From NCBI GenBank assembly GCA_028534125.1, contig CM052816.1, positions 11,782,001 to 11,846,000 on the forward strand: a stretch of DNA of 64,000 nucleotides. Reading direction: 5' to 3'. Every line of letters begins with the position of its first letter. The first letter of the stretch is position 1. The position numbers and the translations under genes are program-made. Shown piece after piece: positions 1-12,689 of this stretch. The notes under the pieces were generated by a model. It had not been told where the DNA came from. It saw nothing but the letters and a program-made list of their open reading frames with translations, and made no database searches. The stretch is from Lama glama (lineage: Eukaryota).

Positions 1-649
1 TCAGCTCAAGCACATGTGAGTGCTTGCCTATCACTCCAGAGCATAGGTTTGAAGGAACAGGTACTCATACAGAACTGTTCAACGGATTGTGAGTTCTGCC
101 AAATGATGGTCATTCTGGCTAATGATGGTCTGATAAATCTCTCTTAATTTTCTAGGTTTCTAGGTGGGTATGTTTTCACTGACAGGGAGACACAGTTTCA
201 GGGAAGTGCCTGGGGGAATCAAATCCACCCCTTCGAGTTTTGTAAAGTAATTAACGTGACTAGAAAATTGGGAGTAATACTGAGGTTATGAGGCCACTAT
301 AAAAAATTGACTCTAAGAGAATGTTTTAATAACCAAATGACACAAGGCTAATAACATCTGCCACCTACATTGTTCCTTCTGTTTTCTCTGATCTTGGGGA
401 GACAGACTGACTAAGCAGTTTATCGTCATTTTTTAGTGTTCTCTTACGTCTTCAGATCACATCCTGCGCATGCGGGTACGACGCTCTGGATTGGATGCTT
501 TCTTTTGCTGTTGATACTGGGGTGAAGTTGGTACAGATTTTCCCCTTAGTGGAACCAGAAACATTTTCCCTCACTCTCCGTTACAAACTAAGGGAGCTTC
601 CCTGGACCTAGTTGGTGTGGCAGCAATGGCAGTGAAACTAGCACAGTTG

Positions 650-880
650 ACACCTACATGCTTGTGTAGTATTTTTACACTGTACAAAATATTGTCATAC
701 ACATTGTTATATTTGATCTTCAAAGCTATGCCATGGGGTGGTTATTGTTAAATTCATTTTACAGGTGAGGCAGTTAAGTCTCTGTGGAAGACTTATTGAA
801 GGTCACATGACTTGGAAAAGTTAGACCTAAATTAAAATCTATTTCCTCTTAACCCAGTATCCTGTTCCTCCCCCACAACA
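650..880 (-). mobile_element. MIR SINE (degenerate)
   Basis: Resembles reverse-strand MIR core: 'cattttacaggtgaggcagttaag...aaggtcacatgac'. Confidence 0.7.
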
Positions 881-1024
881 CTGAATGCCATTCACAGAGG
901 TAGCTGTTGCATCATGTACTGTCCAGATGGGAGATATTATTGGATACATCCAATAATAAAGGTAATGAAATGTAGTTAACAGCAAGAATCATGACACATA
1001 GTTCAGTGTTAATGGCATGTGCTC

Positions 1025-1430
1025 TGATAGACCCATATTCAAGTCCCAAGTTTACTCCTTATGGATTGTTTGACCTTGAACGAGTCATCTAAATTCTCTT
1101 AGACTCAGTTTCCACATCTGTTGGAAGCAATGAGTATCCCTTAATATTGCGAGGATTAAATGAATCATCCACATAATGACAGTAGTGAGATGCTGATGAC
1201 TATTGGTTTGGGATCCTAGGTAGGTATTAAGTGCCAGATATTCTACATACATTTTCTCTGGGTCTTGTAATAATCCTGTGAAATATGTACTTTAATTCCC
1301 AATTTATGTACAAGGAAATGAAGACTACAGTACTTATGTAACTGGCTCTGGGTCGAATGGCCAGCAAGAACCTGTGTTAGGATTTGAACCCACATTGGCC
1401 TGGCCCCAAAACCCATGTTCTTTGCTGGTT
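1025..1430. mobile_element. Two MIR SINE fragments (about 1025-1200 on +, about 1250-1430 on -)
   Basis: 'ttcaagtcccaag...tgaccttgaacgagtcatctaaattctcttagactcagtttccacatctgt' is MIR core on +; 'ttaggatttgaacccacattg' is MIR on -. Confidence 0.7.
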
Positions 1431-2229
1431 CAGTTGATGTAAAGCATCCTTTGAAAAGGATGGAGGACTTTAAAGTATGCTGGGCAAAGACTTCACCTGA
1501 AATCAACTATTGGACTAATTCTCTCAGATTGTTGACATTCTGTAAGTACCAAGTCCATGTCATACTCATGGTAGAATTTAGTTTACAAAGAGGTTTACAG
1601 AGTAAAAGGTTTGAATTTTACCATTTAGCACAAGCAATTGGGAAGCTATAAATAAAAATGTTTCTTTTTGTATTAATGAGCTCGTATGTGTTATCCTAGG
1701 TTCTTCAACACCAAAAAACGTAGATCAAATTCGAAAGAAACTGTGCCTTGGGGGGAAAAATAGTTTAATGAAAACCTAAATTGTGCCACACAAAATTGTG
1801 ATTCTGTACTTAGCAGACCAGCAAATGGTCATTTACGCTTACAACTAAAGAGCTTTAGTGCTTTCTGTAGTACTTATACCTGTATTCTTACATCTTGTCT
1901 CCTCTATAAATCTGGGAAACAGTCAAGGAAAATGTTCCGCGCACTTCACAGCTGAGGAAGGAGAGGCCCGGAGGAGTTAAATTTCCCATCAGAGATCACA
2001 CAGCAAGTGGAATGTGGGTCTGTCTCTCAGACATTTGTCCTCTGTGGCCTTAAAGTAAGCCCAAAGGGCTCAGGCTATTTCTCAGGCTGATTAAATTTGT
2101 AGATAAAGACTTTCCTCCCTACAGGGCGTTAGAAAGAATTACAATAGGAAAGTTCTCTTTTTCTTTTCTTGTCCCCTGCCCTGCTCCTAGTTGTATTGGT
2201 CTTCAATTTAGTTCGTAGAAACTGTGAGA

Positions 2230-2445
2230 CAGAAGGCTCAGGGTCCAGTCCTGCTCTGCCATGTACCAGATAATCAGCCAGGCCATTTAACCTTTCTGGG
2301 CTTACATTTCTTCTGGAAAGTGAGGACAGTCATATTTAGCATTCCTTTTTTTTTTAATTGAAATATAATCAGTTTGACAATGTGTCCATTTCTGATGTAC
2401 AATACTTATCATTCTTATCCCACAGGACTGTTAAAAGCATCTAAC
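2230..2445 (+). mobile_element. MIR SINE interrupted by a tiny L1 3' end
   Basis: 'ctgctctgccatgtacc...atttaacctttctgggcttacatttc' resumes as 'cccacaggactgttaaaagc' after the insert. Confidence 0.6.
2347..2404 (-). mobile_element. Extremely 5'-truncated L1 (3' terminal about 45 bp plus poly-A)
   Basis: Poly-T then 'aattgaaatataatcagtttgacaatgtgtccatttctgatgtaca', similar to the 3' end of the L1 at 9010; flanks ttagcattcc and ttatcattct are a probable TSD. Confidence 0.75.
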
Positions 2446-2487
2446 CAGAGGCTGAAGGTGATAAGAAAGTGATCTCAATATCCAAGT

Positions 2488-2976
2488 TGTGGACGCACTC
2501 TGGCCACCCAGCATACCCTCCTTTTTCTTAACTATGCCATGTTTTCCTTTTCGGGAAGCACCCCTTTCCCATTGTACACGGCCTTGAAGGGGCTGTGAAT
2601 CAGGGTCCCTGCATTCATAGGTGTAGCCTGGAGTCCATTGCAGGCTCCTTGCACCAGGGACTTCCACATCAGACCAGTGCAGCCACAGGGCTGATACAGG
2701 ACCTAACTCAGCCAGGTAGGATCTTTCCATCCTTAGCAGGGAGACAGAGAGAGAAGAAACACAGCAACTCAAATGACTTAGTCACCTGATTCCACTCCAG
2801 CTCCTTCATGAGACAGGGAAGTAACCCCTTTGCCCAGGAAGTAGTTTATTGTTCCATTCCAGAGCTGGGGCCTCCAGCCTCCGCAGCCATTCTACTCATT
2901 CTCTTCCTGATTTTTCTGTTAAGTTAGCGGGAGTTGGATTCTGTTGATTGCAGTGAAAGAATGCTAACTATTTACA
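2488..2976 (+). mobile_element. Ancient ERVL/MaLR-type solo LTR
   Basis: TG...CA termini; 3' end 'gttggattctgttgattgcagtgaaagaatgctaactatttaca' is typical of old ERVL/MLT1 LTRs. Confidence 0.6.
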
Positions 2977-2994
2977 TTTTCAAGTTTTTATCAC

Positions 2995-3194
2995 ATGTGC
3001 TTCATTTCAAGATGCCATGCCTTTAATAAGTACTCATGATTTTCCAGGGGAAAAAAAGGAACATTGTACTGAATGAAATAGCTGTATTGCGACATTAAAG
3101 ACCAGTAGGCAAGATGCATCCTGATCAGAGAAGTGTGAAACATGAAGAGTGGAATGTGAAAAAATGTGCATGTTAGGACTGAGGAAATACGGTA
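2995..3194. mobile_element. Tc2-type DNA transposon remnant (MER104/Kanga-like)
   Basis: Ends in 'gtgcatgttaggactgaggaaatacgg-ta', the reverse complement of a CCGTATTTC-type terminal inverted repeat followed by TA. Confidence 0.55.
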
Positions 3195-4409
3195 CTCACA
3201 CTACCATTGTTCATGAATTATAGCAGGATAATAATTATGACAACTCAGCATTGTGTGTACCTGAAACCCAGAGGAGTGAGGGAAACATGCCAGATGAGAC
3301 CATTCTAAAATTCTCTTGATTGCTTCTCTGAGAATTCCTGAATTTACTGTCTTCTGGTGTGAGCAGTCCCTAGATGTGGCTGCCAGCTCATTTCCAGAAG
3401 TTGAAGGCAGTTCTAGTTTACAGTGAGGGGGGTTTGCAGGAAAATAGCATGCAGCAGCAGGGAGACGCTCTCTGAAGTTGTTCTGTATATATGGCTAATG
3501 GGCAGTTATCTCTGAGAGAGACTTTTATAGCTTCCTACCTATCGGTGAAAAATTAGCCTTGATAATTTGGGGGGAAGAGCCTGTCAGTTTGGCTTCTCAT
3601 CAAATTCAACTTCGTTAAGCTGTTAATTCTTAGATGTTTTTATAATTTATTACTAAGACGTGTAAGTCTGCGTTGGCAGCCTTGATGAATAGATTAATGA
3701 TCACTGCTTCCTGCAATGTGATTCTCATTGTTACCCCATCAGAACTATAAATTTACCTCCAGGGTTAGGAGCAGGTAAAAGTGACAGTCAAGAAGCCAGA
3801 GGAGGAGTGATGATTTGGGACTGTTTCACTGAAGACAAAGAAATGCCCTAAAGAAACAATTTTCTAAGTCCCTGTTTGACTTGACAGTGGCAGTGACTTA
3901 ATTGGAAGACAGTGTGATAATGAACTGTAGCAGGATCAGCCGGCAGGGGGTCTATTAGTGACTCCAGACCGACTTGCTGTGCAGATTTTGCAACTCCGTT
4001 GTGTTTCTGTCTCCTCCTCTTTAGAGCAGGAACAATTATTCATAATTTGACTGCCATTTGTCTCGTGCTTAATGATTTAAAGCTGCATCTTCCAGCGGCC
4101 CAGCTTATCACAGGCGGGCTGCGGATTTAATGAGGTGATGTATCTCCGCTCTATCACCCCCTAGCGCTATAAGCAAGGGCAGTTATGTAACCCTTTATGC
4201 CTCACTTCCTCATTGGGCGAAATGGGAATGATAACAACTACCTTAACATTTTTTTTAATATAAAAATTACTCTAGTGCCTGTGGCAGACTTAGTAGGGCA
4301 CAGAGTAAGTACTCAGTAAATGCTAGCTCCATTATTTATTAGAAGGGTGTGGAGAGATTACGGGTGGGTGCTATGTAGATTAAATGCAGTGTTTTATGAT
4401 TCTTATTAG

Positions 4410-4634
4410 CAGGGGTTTGACAAACTGTGGCCCCTGAAGCAAGTCTAGTCTGCCACGTGTTTTCGTATATAAAGTTTTACTGGGCCACCACCGTGCTCAT
4501 TTGTTGACGTATTGGCAATGGCTGCTTGTGTGCCGTAAAAGCAAAGCTTGAGTAGTTGCAATACAGACTCTATGACACATAAACTTTTAATGTTTACTTT
4601 CTGGCCTTTTATAAGAAAAGTGTGCCAACCTCTG
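4410..4634. mobile_element. MER58A-like hAT-Charlie MITE
   Basis: Terminal inverted repeats 'caggggtttgacaaact' and 'agtgtgccaacctctg'; internal 'taaagttttactggg', 'gagtagttgcaatacagac', 'tttactttctggccttttataagaaaag'. Confidence 0.85.
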
Positions 4635-5711
4635 GTGTTCGTCAAGCAAGTGAATACAGATCCCACATTCATGTAATTTACATTTAGTAACAATTTGATA
4701 GTCTTCTAATTTATTTAATCTTTACCCTACTGATAACTCATAGACGTCAGAAGGTTTCTGGCTTTTGTCTTTGTTTTTCATTTGCAAAGAATCCTTCAAT
4801 AAACAACACAGCATATATGTGAATATTATCTGTAGGATAGATTCCTACACAAGTAATATCAGGGGTGATTATTTGGGTCACCTCGGTTGACGTGCTTGCA
4901 GATTTACTGATGGGACGTAGTGAATATTCTCACCACCAAAGTTGTCAGAACCGAGTACAGAATTAAGCTGTCAGTTCTAATTCCCTGTAACAGAGTTTAT
5001 CATTAATTAGCTTCTTTGATCGAGCCAGAGGTTGCAGTCCCCAAAGAAAAAACACAGCTCTGAAGCTCAAGGAATTGACTACTTGTCAGATGAAGTTAGT
5101 TATCCAGATTCCTCCCCATCACAAGTAATCTTACGGCTGGTCGTTGCTTCTGTCCCTCAGTTTAGTGTTGCTGCCTTTGGGCCTTGTAATAGGTTGCCTG
5201 GATAGAGTCACCAGGCTTAATGTAGTTTTCCATCTGGATCCTCACATCTGTCATCCATAAAACAGCTTATGAGTGCATAACTCTGGAAAAGAGAACAGTA
5301 ATATTATTCTTTTATGCAAGGTGGTATTACTCCTAAAACTCAATTCCTTTGTGAAACATGCCTCTGTGAGAAGACCTGGTTGTGGAAACACAAGTTTTAT
5401 CCTTAGCAGAGGGCCCTTCTGTTTTCCTTTTGACACACATCAAATGACGGCACCACCTACAAAGACACAGCCAAGGGTTCACTATTGTGCAAGATTATGA
5501 CGGAGTGGTTAGTAGATTGTGGAGATTAACTGACGACACCCAGACAGCATTTTAAAACAGGAAAACAAATCGCCATGTGAAATCTGGAGTTTAGGGCTCA
5601 AAAGCCTAGAGGGGCCAGGCAGATAATGGTAGTGGTGAACTGGAGAGTTCTTCTCTGGTCCTCGCCAGTGCTTGCTACGCCACTTTATTTTTCCAAAAGG
5701 GAAGTGACACA

Positions 5712-5888
5712 AATGGATTTATTTACAAAACAGAAGCGCTCACAGGCTTATGGGAAGGGAGGATTGGAGGAATAAACTGGGAGTTCAGGATTTGCAGATC
5801 CAGACTACTATATATAAAATAAACAACAAGGTCCTACTGTACAGCACAGGAACCTTGTAACAACCTATAATGAAAAGAATATGAACAG

Positions 5889-5929
<41 letters not shown>

Positions 5930-6001
5930 ACTGAAACATTATTTCGTACACCACAAATTAACATGACATTGTAAACTGACTATACTTCAATTAAAAAAAA
6001 A
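5712..6001 (+). mobile_element. L1 3' UTR fragment (artiodactyl type) with internal (TA)n microsatellite
   Basis: 'aacaaggtcctactgtacagcacagg...cattgtaaactgactatacttcaattaaaaaaaa'; (TA)n at about 5891-5923. Confidence 0.85.
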
Positions 6002-8289
6002 GTGAAACTTTTCTAAGTTTTAGAAATCTGCAACCATTTCAAAATAAAAAACAAAAGCATATATGGCAGACAGATGGAAATAGGTTTTGACTCCATCTGT
6101 AAGCCACCAGCTTGAGATCTCTGCTTTAGATATTAGTAGCAGAACTGAGGAGGGCTGGGGTGAGGCTGAAGTAGGAAGTCACAGAACTAGAAAGCTCACC
6201 TTCTAAAGCAAACTATCACATCACAATTCAGGGAGGAGCCTGAACCGTGGTCAGGGGTAGGCCAGTCATGGCAATCATAAATAGCACCGGTCCAATGTTT
6301 TGTCGTGGGAAAAAAAAAAAGACCCCATACAGTTAGAAGCTAGAATGATGGAGTATAGGAATGGCTCAGGATGAGAAATGCACAACTAAGGTCATGAACA
6401 TGTAGGAATTCCCCTTAAGAGCAAGGGCGTTGTCATCAGACAGACATCCCTGTAGTGAGAGTAACTTCTCTAAGCCTCTATTCCCATGGCCCTGATGCGT
6501 GGCTGGTACTTAATACATGCTAGCTAATGGGATGTGAAGTGTAGAATGCTCCTGTAGTTAGTGGAAAAATATTATGCAGTACACCTGTGATCTAGGATTC
6601 TTTTATTCTCTAAGCACATACTTAGAATTAGAATTACTTTCCATATGTCTATTTGGATATTGGGTAGTCACTCTGGAATCCGGCAGTGTTGTCATTTTAT
6701 AACTGGACTTGTGAAGGGACCAGAAAATTCCATGCAGCATATCAGGAACCAGAGCACTGGGCATTCCATAATGCAGACAGTCAATGCCAGTGAGCCCGTG
6801 CCTCAGGACAAATACCCGTTGCCCTGATAGTGGTCCTCACTGATTACTGTGAGTTATGGATCAGGATAGTGGACCAAATCAGAAGAGAACTGTGAAGTGT
6901 GCTTTAATGTGGGGAGGGTCTTGGGCTCAGCAGACTTCTGGGAAAACTACTCGCGGGAGAAGCTGTTGGCTTTCCAACATCATCAAGGTCACCAAAAACC
7001 CTTCACACTTGTCAGTGGCTCCAAGGAGGCCAAGACTAGTGAAGGAGTTGATCTAGTGCTAGTAATATATTCTGTTTATTTAGATTTGGGACTAGATTAA
7101 TTTCTCTTTTTTGCAGACCAGTGAATTCAGGGTGGGTGGCAGGAGAGAGGTTGTAATGGTGGAGGGGCACCTTCCTTGCTTGCTGTCTTAAGTCGAGTGG
7201 GTTGGGAAATGAGGAGACCTGGGTGGGTGTATTCTAGAAATCTGTCCTGAAATATTCTGTCTTGGACTTCATTATTTTCATAGCCTGATAAACCAGAAAA
7301 CTATTGTATCCTGGAAAAAGCCCTTCATCTGTTCTAAAATATTTTGTCCAGGCTTGTTAAGTGACAATGTGGTCTTAGATTTTCAACTCAGTGGTTTAAC
7401 CACCAGTTAATACTAAAATGAGACAAATTTTACATTGTTCCTTAGTGGGGAAACAGTTTTTCCATTGCATTACCCATTCATTTTGCACAGATAGACTGAC
7501 AGATATACATACATATCTACATGTATACATATATACATGTATGTACATAGATTAATTTAATATATTCTAATTTGCCTTTATTTACTAGTGTATGATTTAA
7601 ATGAATGTTATTTTGATCACTGTTTCCATATAGTAAACTATATTCATAATTGTTTATTTTAATTGTGTCACAAAGCCACTTTTCATTAAGTTTTTATATT
7701 AATAATAATAATGAAAAGCAGTGTTAGTTATCATTTCTCTCCAGATATCAGTCTTACCAAATTGGCACACATACTTTTATTCATATTTTATTTTTCTGTA
7801 GTAAGGTGGATTTCCTATGGAAAGCACTTATTTAGATATTTATATTTTTTTCATTCATTTTATTAATCATGGCCAACTGTTAAACAGTTCAGCTTCCAAG
7901 GACTTTTTTTTCCCCTCCAGTGCTTTTAATAACTAAGTTACTTGGAACAGCAGCAGGAAGGAAAATCTCCAAGGCAGAATCTGCTCACATGGAGTCTGAC
8001 AAGTCTCAGCTCAGGGCAAATTTCCAAAGGATAATTATAGATGTCGCTAAAGCTGAATTCATGATGGTCAGATTGTCAGAAATCTTACTTATAAATGCTA
8101 TCATAATGCTGTAGGGGAACCCTCCATTTTACTTTGGAAAAGAAGTTTGAAACCAGCTAGCTGCCTGAGTTGGCTTCTATCTCTGCCTTTGCATCTGAAT
8201 CACTTATGGGGCTTTTGAAGGGTATAAATAAAAGTAAATTCACCCACTAACATAAACTTTGTTAGACAGTTTTTATTATTAACTAGCAT

Positions 8290-8535
8290 TGCACTCACTC
8301 ACTCACTCACAGTTTGGCACTGTCCTGTGCACTTTAGGCAGATCATTAACTCAAGAGTTCTCCTGTCAAGCCTGTGACTTAGTTACTTTAGGGTGCCGAC
8401 TTTACCAATAAGGATACTGAAACGTGGAGAGGGCATGCAGCTTGCCCAAAGTCACATAAGTGTGAAGCGGCAGAGTCAGAGTCCAGACCCAGGCAGCTCA
8501 GCTCTTGAGTTCATGATTGTAGCCCTCACATCTTA
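8290..8535 (-). mobile_element. MIR SINE
   Basis: 'tactgaaacgtggagagggcatgcagcttgcccaaagtcacataag...gcagagtcagagtccagacccaggcag'. Confidence 0.75.
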
Positions 8536-9009
8536 CTAGCACTCATCCTCAACATACCTTATGACCACATTGGGATCTGAATTTGTCAGGATACTATCAC
8601 AAAAGGAAATTCAACTCTTAACTAATTTGATTTGAATATTTTCTTTTGATCATTGTTGATTTTTAGGGGGTCAGATATACTGGTTGATGACTCACTAATG
8701 AACAAACACATCAAAGTTTGTCTCCAGCCTGGATTTCCTGAATCAGACTCTCTCATGGCTGGGTCTTGAACATCTTTGCCTTTAAACGGCTTCTCTGGTG
8801 ATTCTGATGTGTTCTTTGCCATCTAATATCAGAAGGAAGACAGATAACTACATGTCAAAATGAGGTAGACTAAGACCCAAGACTCTGGAAGGCAATGAGA
8901 AGTATCATGTGGGAGGTGGGAGACATTGATTCTGCCTGAGAAGCCTTCTAAAGACAGCATGTTAGAGAGCCTGTGAAGAAATACAAATAAGGACTATTTA
9001 CTGAATACC

Positions 9010-10297
9010 TTTTTTTTTATTGAAGTATAATCAGTTTACAATATTGTGTCAATTTCTGGTGTACAGCACAATTTTTCAGTCATACATGAATAGACATATA
9101 TTCATTTTTATATTCTTTTTCACCATAAGCTACTACAGGGTATTGAATATATTTCCCTTCACTATACAATATAAACTTTTTTTGGTCTATTTTATATATA
9201 CCAATAAGTATCTGCAAATCTTGAATTCCCCAGTTTATCCCTTCCCACCCCTTTCCCCTCTGGTAACCATAGATTTGTTTTATATGTCTGTGAGCCTGTT
9301 TCTGTTTCATATATAAGTTCATTTGTCTTTTTTTTTTTTTAGATTCCATGATATTATATGGTATTTTTCCTTATCTTTCTGGCTTATTTCATTTAGAATG
9401 ACATTCTCCAGGGCTATCCATGTTGCTGCAAATGACGTTATTTTATCATTTTTTTTATGGCTGAGTTTGTATTCCATTGTATAAATATACCACAGCTTCT
9501 TTATCCAGTCATCTGTTGATGGATGGTTAGGTTGTTTCCACGTCTTGGCTATTGTAAATAGTTTTGCTATGAACATTGGGGTGCAGGTGTCTTTTTGAAT
9601 TAGGGTTCCAACCTCTAGATATATGCCCAGGAGTGGGATTGCTGGATCATACGGTAAATCTATTTTTAGTCTTTTGAGGAATCTCCATACTGTTTTCCAC
9701 AATAGCTACACCAAACTGCATTCCCACCACAGCCTCTCCAGCATTTATCATTTGTGGACTTCTGAATAATGACCATTCTGACTTCTGTGAGGTGATGCCT
9801 CATTATAGTTTTGATTTGCATTTCTCTGATAATTAGTGATATTGAGCATTTTTCCATGTGCCTATTGACCATTCATATGTTTTCACTGGAGAATTGCTTG
9901 TTTAGGTCTTCTGCCCATTTTTAGATTGGGTTGTTTTTTTCTTATTAAGTTGTATGAGCTGTTTATATATTCTGGAAATGAAGCCCTTGTCAGTCTCATC
10001 TTTTGCAGATATTTTCTCCCATTCCATAGGTTGTTGTTTTGTTTTACTTACGGTTTCCTTTGCAGTGTAAAAGCTTATAAGTTTAATTAGGTCCAATTTG
10101 TTTATTTTTGCTTTTATTTCTTTTGCTTGGGTAGACTGCCCTAGGAGAACACTGCTGAGATATATGTGAGATAATGTTTTGCCTGTGTTTTCTTCTAGGA
10201 GATCTACTGTGTCTTGTCTTATGTTTAAGTCTCTAATCCATTTTGAGTTTATTTTTGTGTATGGTTTGAGGGAGTGCTCTAACTTCACTGATTGCCA
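9010..10297 (-). mobile_element. 5'-truncated young L1 (ORF2 C-terminus, 3' UTR and poly-A), non-functional
   Basis: ORF-track peptides [39 protein letters not shown] and [14 protein letters not shown]...CTPMFIA are L1 ORF2 C-terminal motifs split across three ORFs; poly-T at 9010; TSD tactgaatacc (8999-9009) and tattgaatacc (10298-10308). Confidence 0.97.
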
Positions 10298-10816
10298 TAT
10301 TGAATACCGTTATGAGAAGGGAAGGAGTTACACTTGAATTCTCTCCTAGAAGATAAACCCACAGATGTCTGAAGACAAGCTTCTTAGCATTTTGTAAGGA
10401 GAACATTTCAGTTTCCCGGTATTGAGGGATATTTAAATATTAAGCTTGCCAAGGCCTGAGACTGTAGTACCAGAGGTGTAATGCTAAGTTTCTAACTTTA
10501 TTAACTGAGTTGGCACAAACGACAAGTGAAGAGTTGTTTCCCTCCTGCTGCTCTAACGTTACTCCTTCAATGCAGGAGCCTCCCATGGCCATATATTAGC
10601 ATACTGGCTCCTCCATTGTTGCTTTACCTCTGTCTTTTCCCAATTCTGTCTGGAAGCATCTTGGCTTGGGATGATTTTGGACCCTCCATGAATCAGCATA
10701 TGTATTAGAAAACGTATAGAAAGTATGGTTCTCCATCTGATATACAAAATTTAGCGAATTTAATATTTTTGAAGTTTGGGTGCACAGCGGTAAATGCCTT
10801 TGGTCTCCTTGGGCTC

Positions 10817-11146
10817 CAGTAGTCCTCCCTTAACTATGGTTTTGCTTTCTGAGGTTTCAGTTACTCACGGTGAACCATGGCCTGAAAATATTACCAGAAA
10901 TATAGTTCATCAGTTTTAAACCACATGCCATTCTGAGTAGTTTGGTGAAAGTTGGTGTCCTCCTGCTCTGTCCTGGCCAAGATGTGAATCATAACCTTTG
11001 TCCAGCATATCCACGCTATATACGCTACCTGCCCATTAATAGAAGAAAAAGCATAGTATATACTACAGAGTTCAGTGCAATCCCTGGTTTCTTGCATCCA
11101 CTGGGGGTCTTGGAAGATATCCCCTGTGGATAAGGAAGGACTACCA
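10817..11146 (+). mobile_element. MER44-like (Tigger7-derived) DNA transposon
   Basis: Termini 'cagtagtcctccctta' and 'ggataaggaaggactac'; internal 'tttgtccagcatatccacgctatatacgctacc' and 'catccactgggggtcttggaa'. Confidence 0.9.
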
Positions 11147-12206
11147 CACAGAGTCAAAAGTAAGGCCCCTAGAAAATGTAAAATTCTGCCCGTAGTCCTT
11201 TTGCAATGTATTTTGTTGTATTGATCAGAGAAGGTTGGAATTGGAGAGACCATTGTTTAACACTAATGTATTTAAAACATTGGTAATTTTTTCTCTGAAT
11301 CAGGCTTGGAGGACTAACTCATTGCTGGGCTCTGACACACAATAGATGTCACGTGGAACAGACGACTCTCTAGAGCTCTCTTAGCTGGACTGTTTTCTTT
11401 TGGTTTGTCTTTGGGTCTTTGTGGGGTCATAACTGCCAAGATACAGAGCCTTAATATTGGCAACACCTTCATCCACAAGGATCCAGCTCTCTGTAGGCTG
11501 CTGGTTGCATTCTGTTGGTTTTGTCCCTCTCAAAGTTTCGTGGCCAGAATGGGTCACAGTATACAGTGATTCTCATTTGCCCAGGACTCATGCCAGTCAT
11601 TGCAGCTATGAAGTTGCATAGAGGGGTGCATGGTCATAATAGGATAATATTCACTAACTGTAGTTGATGTAACTGTCCAATGCAAATTCATTGTAAAAAT
11701 TAAACTGAAAACTATGCAAAACACAGAATTCTATGAAATTCGTTAAAGTGAAACTGGAGAACTACTCCAACCACATGGGAAACTGTTCTGAAAGGAGAAT
11801 TTGACAGGATTATGTCCATTAAAGTAAAAAAAAAAAAGTAGAGGATAGTATGTGCTTCAAACAGGATGATTTGAAGAAAAAAACGATTAGGAGCTGTCTT
11901 TTTGAAAATTGCAAAAGACATGAATTTTTTTTGCAAAGATTTATAATTGTGAGAAAAGATTAAACAAAAATAAAGGTTGTCCTATAGTAATGCCATAAAA
12001 ACTATGTTGGTCAAATTACATCAAAAACAAACAAAAGCCTATTTTTTTCTTTGTTTATTCTAAAAAAGGTACAAAATTCAAGTTGCAACAAATTCAGTGC
12101 ACATAAAATTAACTTATTTTCCTTATGCTCAGTTTCATTTTTCAACATAAAATCCCTAATCAAACTATCATTTTGTTTATTATGTACTATGCCATTTTGC
12201 TTGATT

Positions 12207-12657
12207 TGTATCAGTCACAATCTTGGATAGAAGCAGAAGGCACAGTCATACTGGTAGTTGAGGAGAGTTTACTTACAAAGGTTTGGAGAGGCTTTCGAGA
12301 AACTCCCAAGGGATAATACAGTGCCTCAGGGTTAGCAGTAGTGGGAAGCCATAACCTCGCCTAAGATTGAGAAGTCAGTTGGAGAGAGGAGTTACTTGAA
12401 CTCAGAAAGAGTACTGTCTGGAAAGTGCCACTTTTGGTAGAGAATGGGGACACAGCCAACTCATGGTGATCACACAAGGAGGAAGCCAGCAAATAAATAC
12501 TCTTTGCTCCCCTCCTGCCCTCTCATCTCATGCCAGTGCCTCCAAATGGCCAAAACTAATTAGAAGCTAGAGTGCAAATAGATCCATTTTCTTAAGCATG
12601 GAACAGGATGGAGAAGGAGAGTGGAAATTATGAGGATTAATGGAAGATTCCAGCACA
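12207..12657 (-). mobile_element. Old ERVL/MaLR-type LTR
   Basis: Starts 'tgtatcagtc...gaagcagaaggcacagtca' and ends 'ccagcaca'; internal 'ctcatgccagtgcctccaaatggccaaaact'. Confidence 0.6.
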
Positions 12658-12689
12658 CTCTTTAAAATGGATTACTGTTAAGTAGACTT

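Noticed and set aside
7500..7550. Palindromic TA/CA-rich tract
   Set aside because: Low-complexity degenerate (TA)n sequence is self-complementary by nature.
7921..8066. Exon after the strong acceptor ttttttttcccctccag with an open frame
   Set aside because: No convincing donor (gtcaga) and the peptide is unrecognised.
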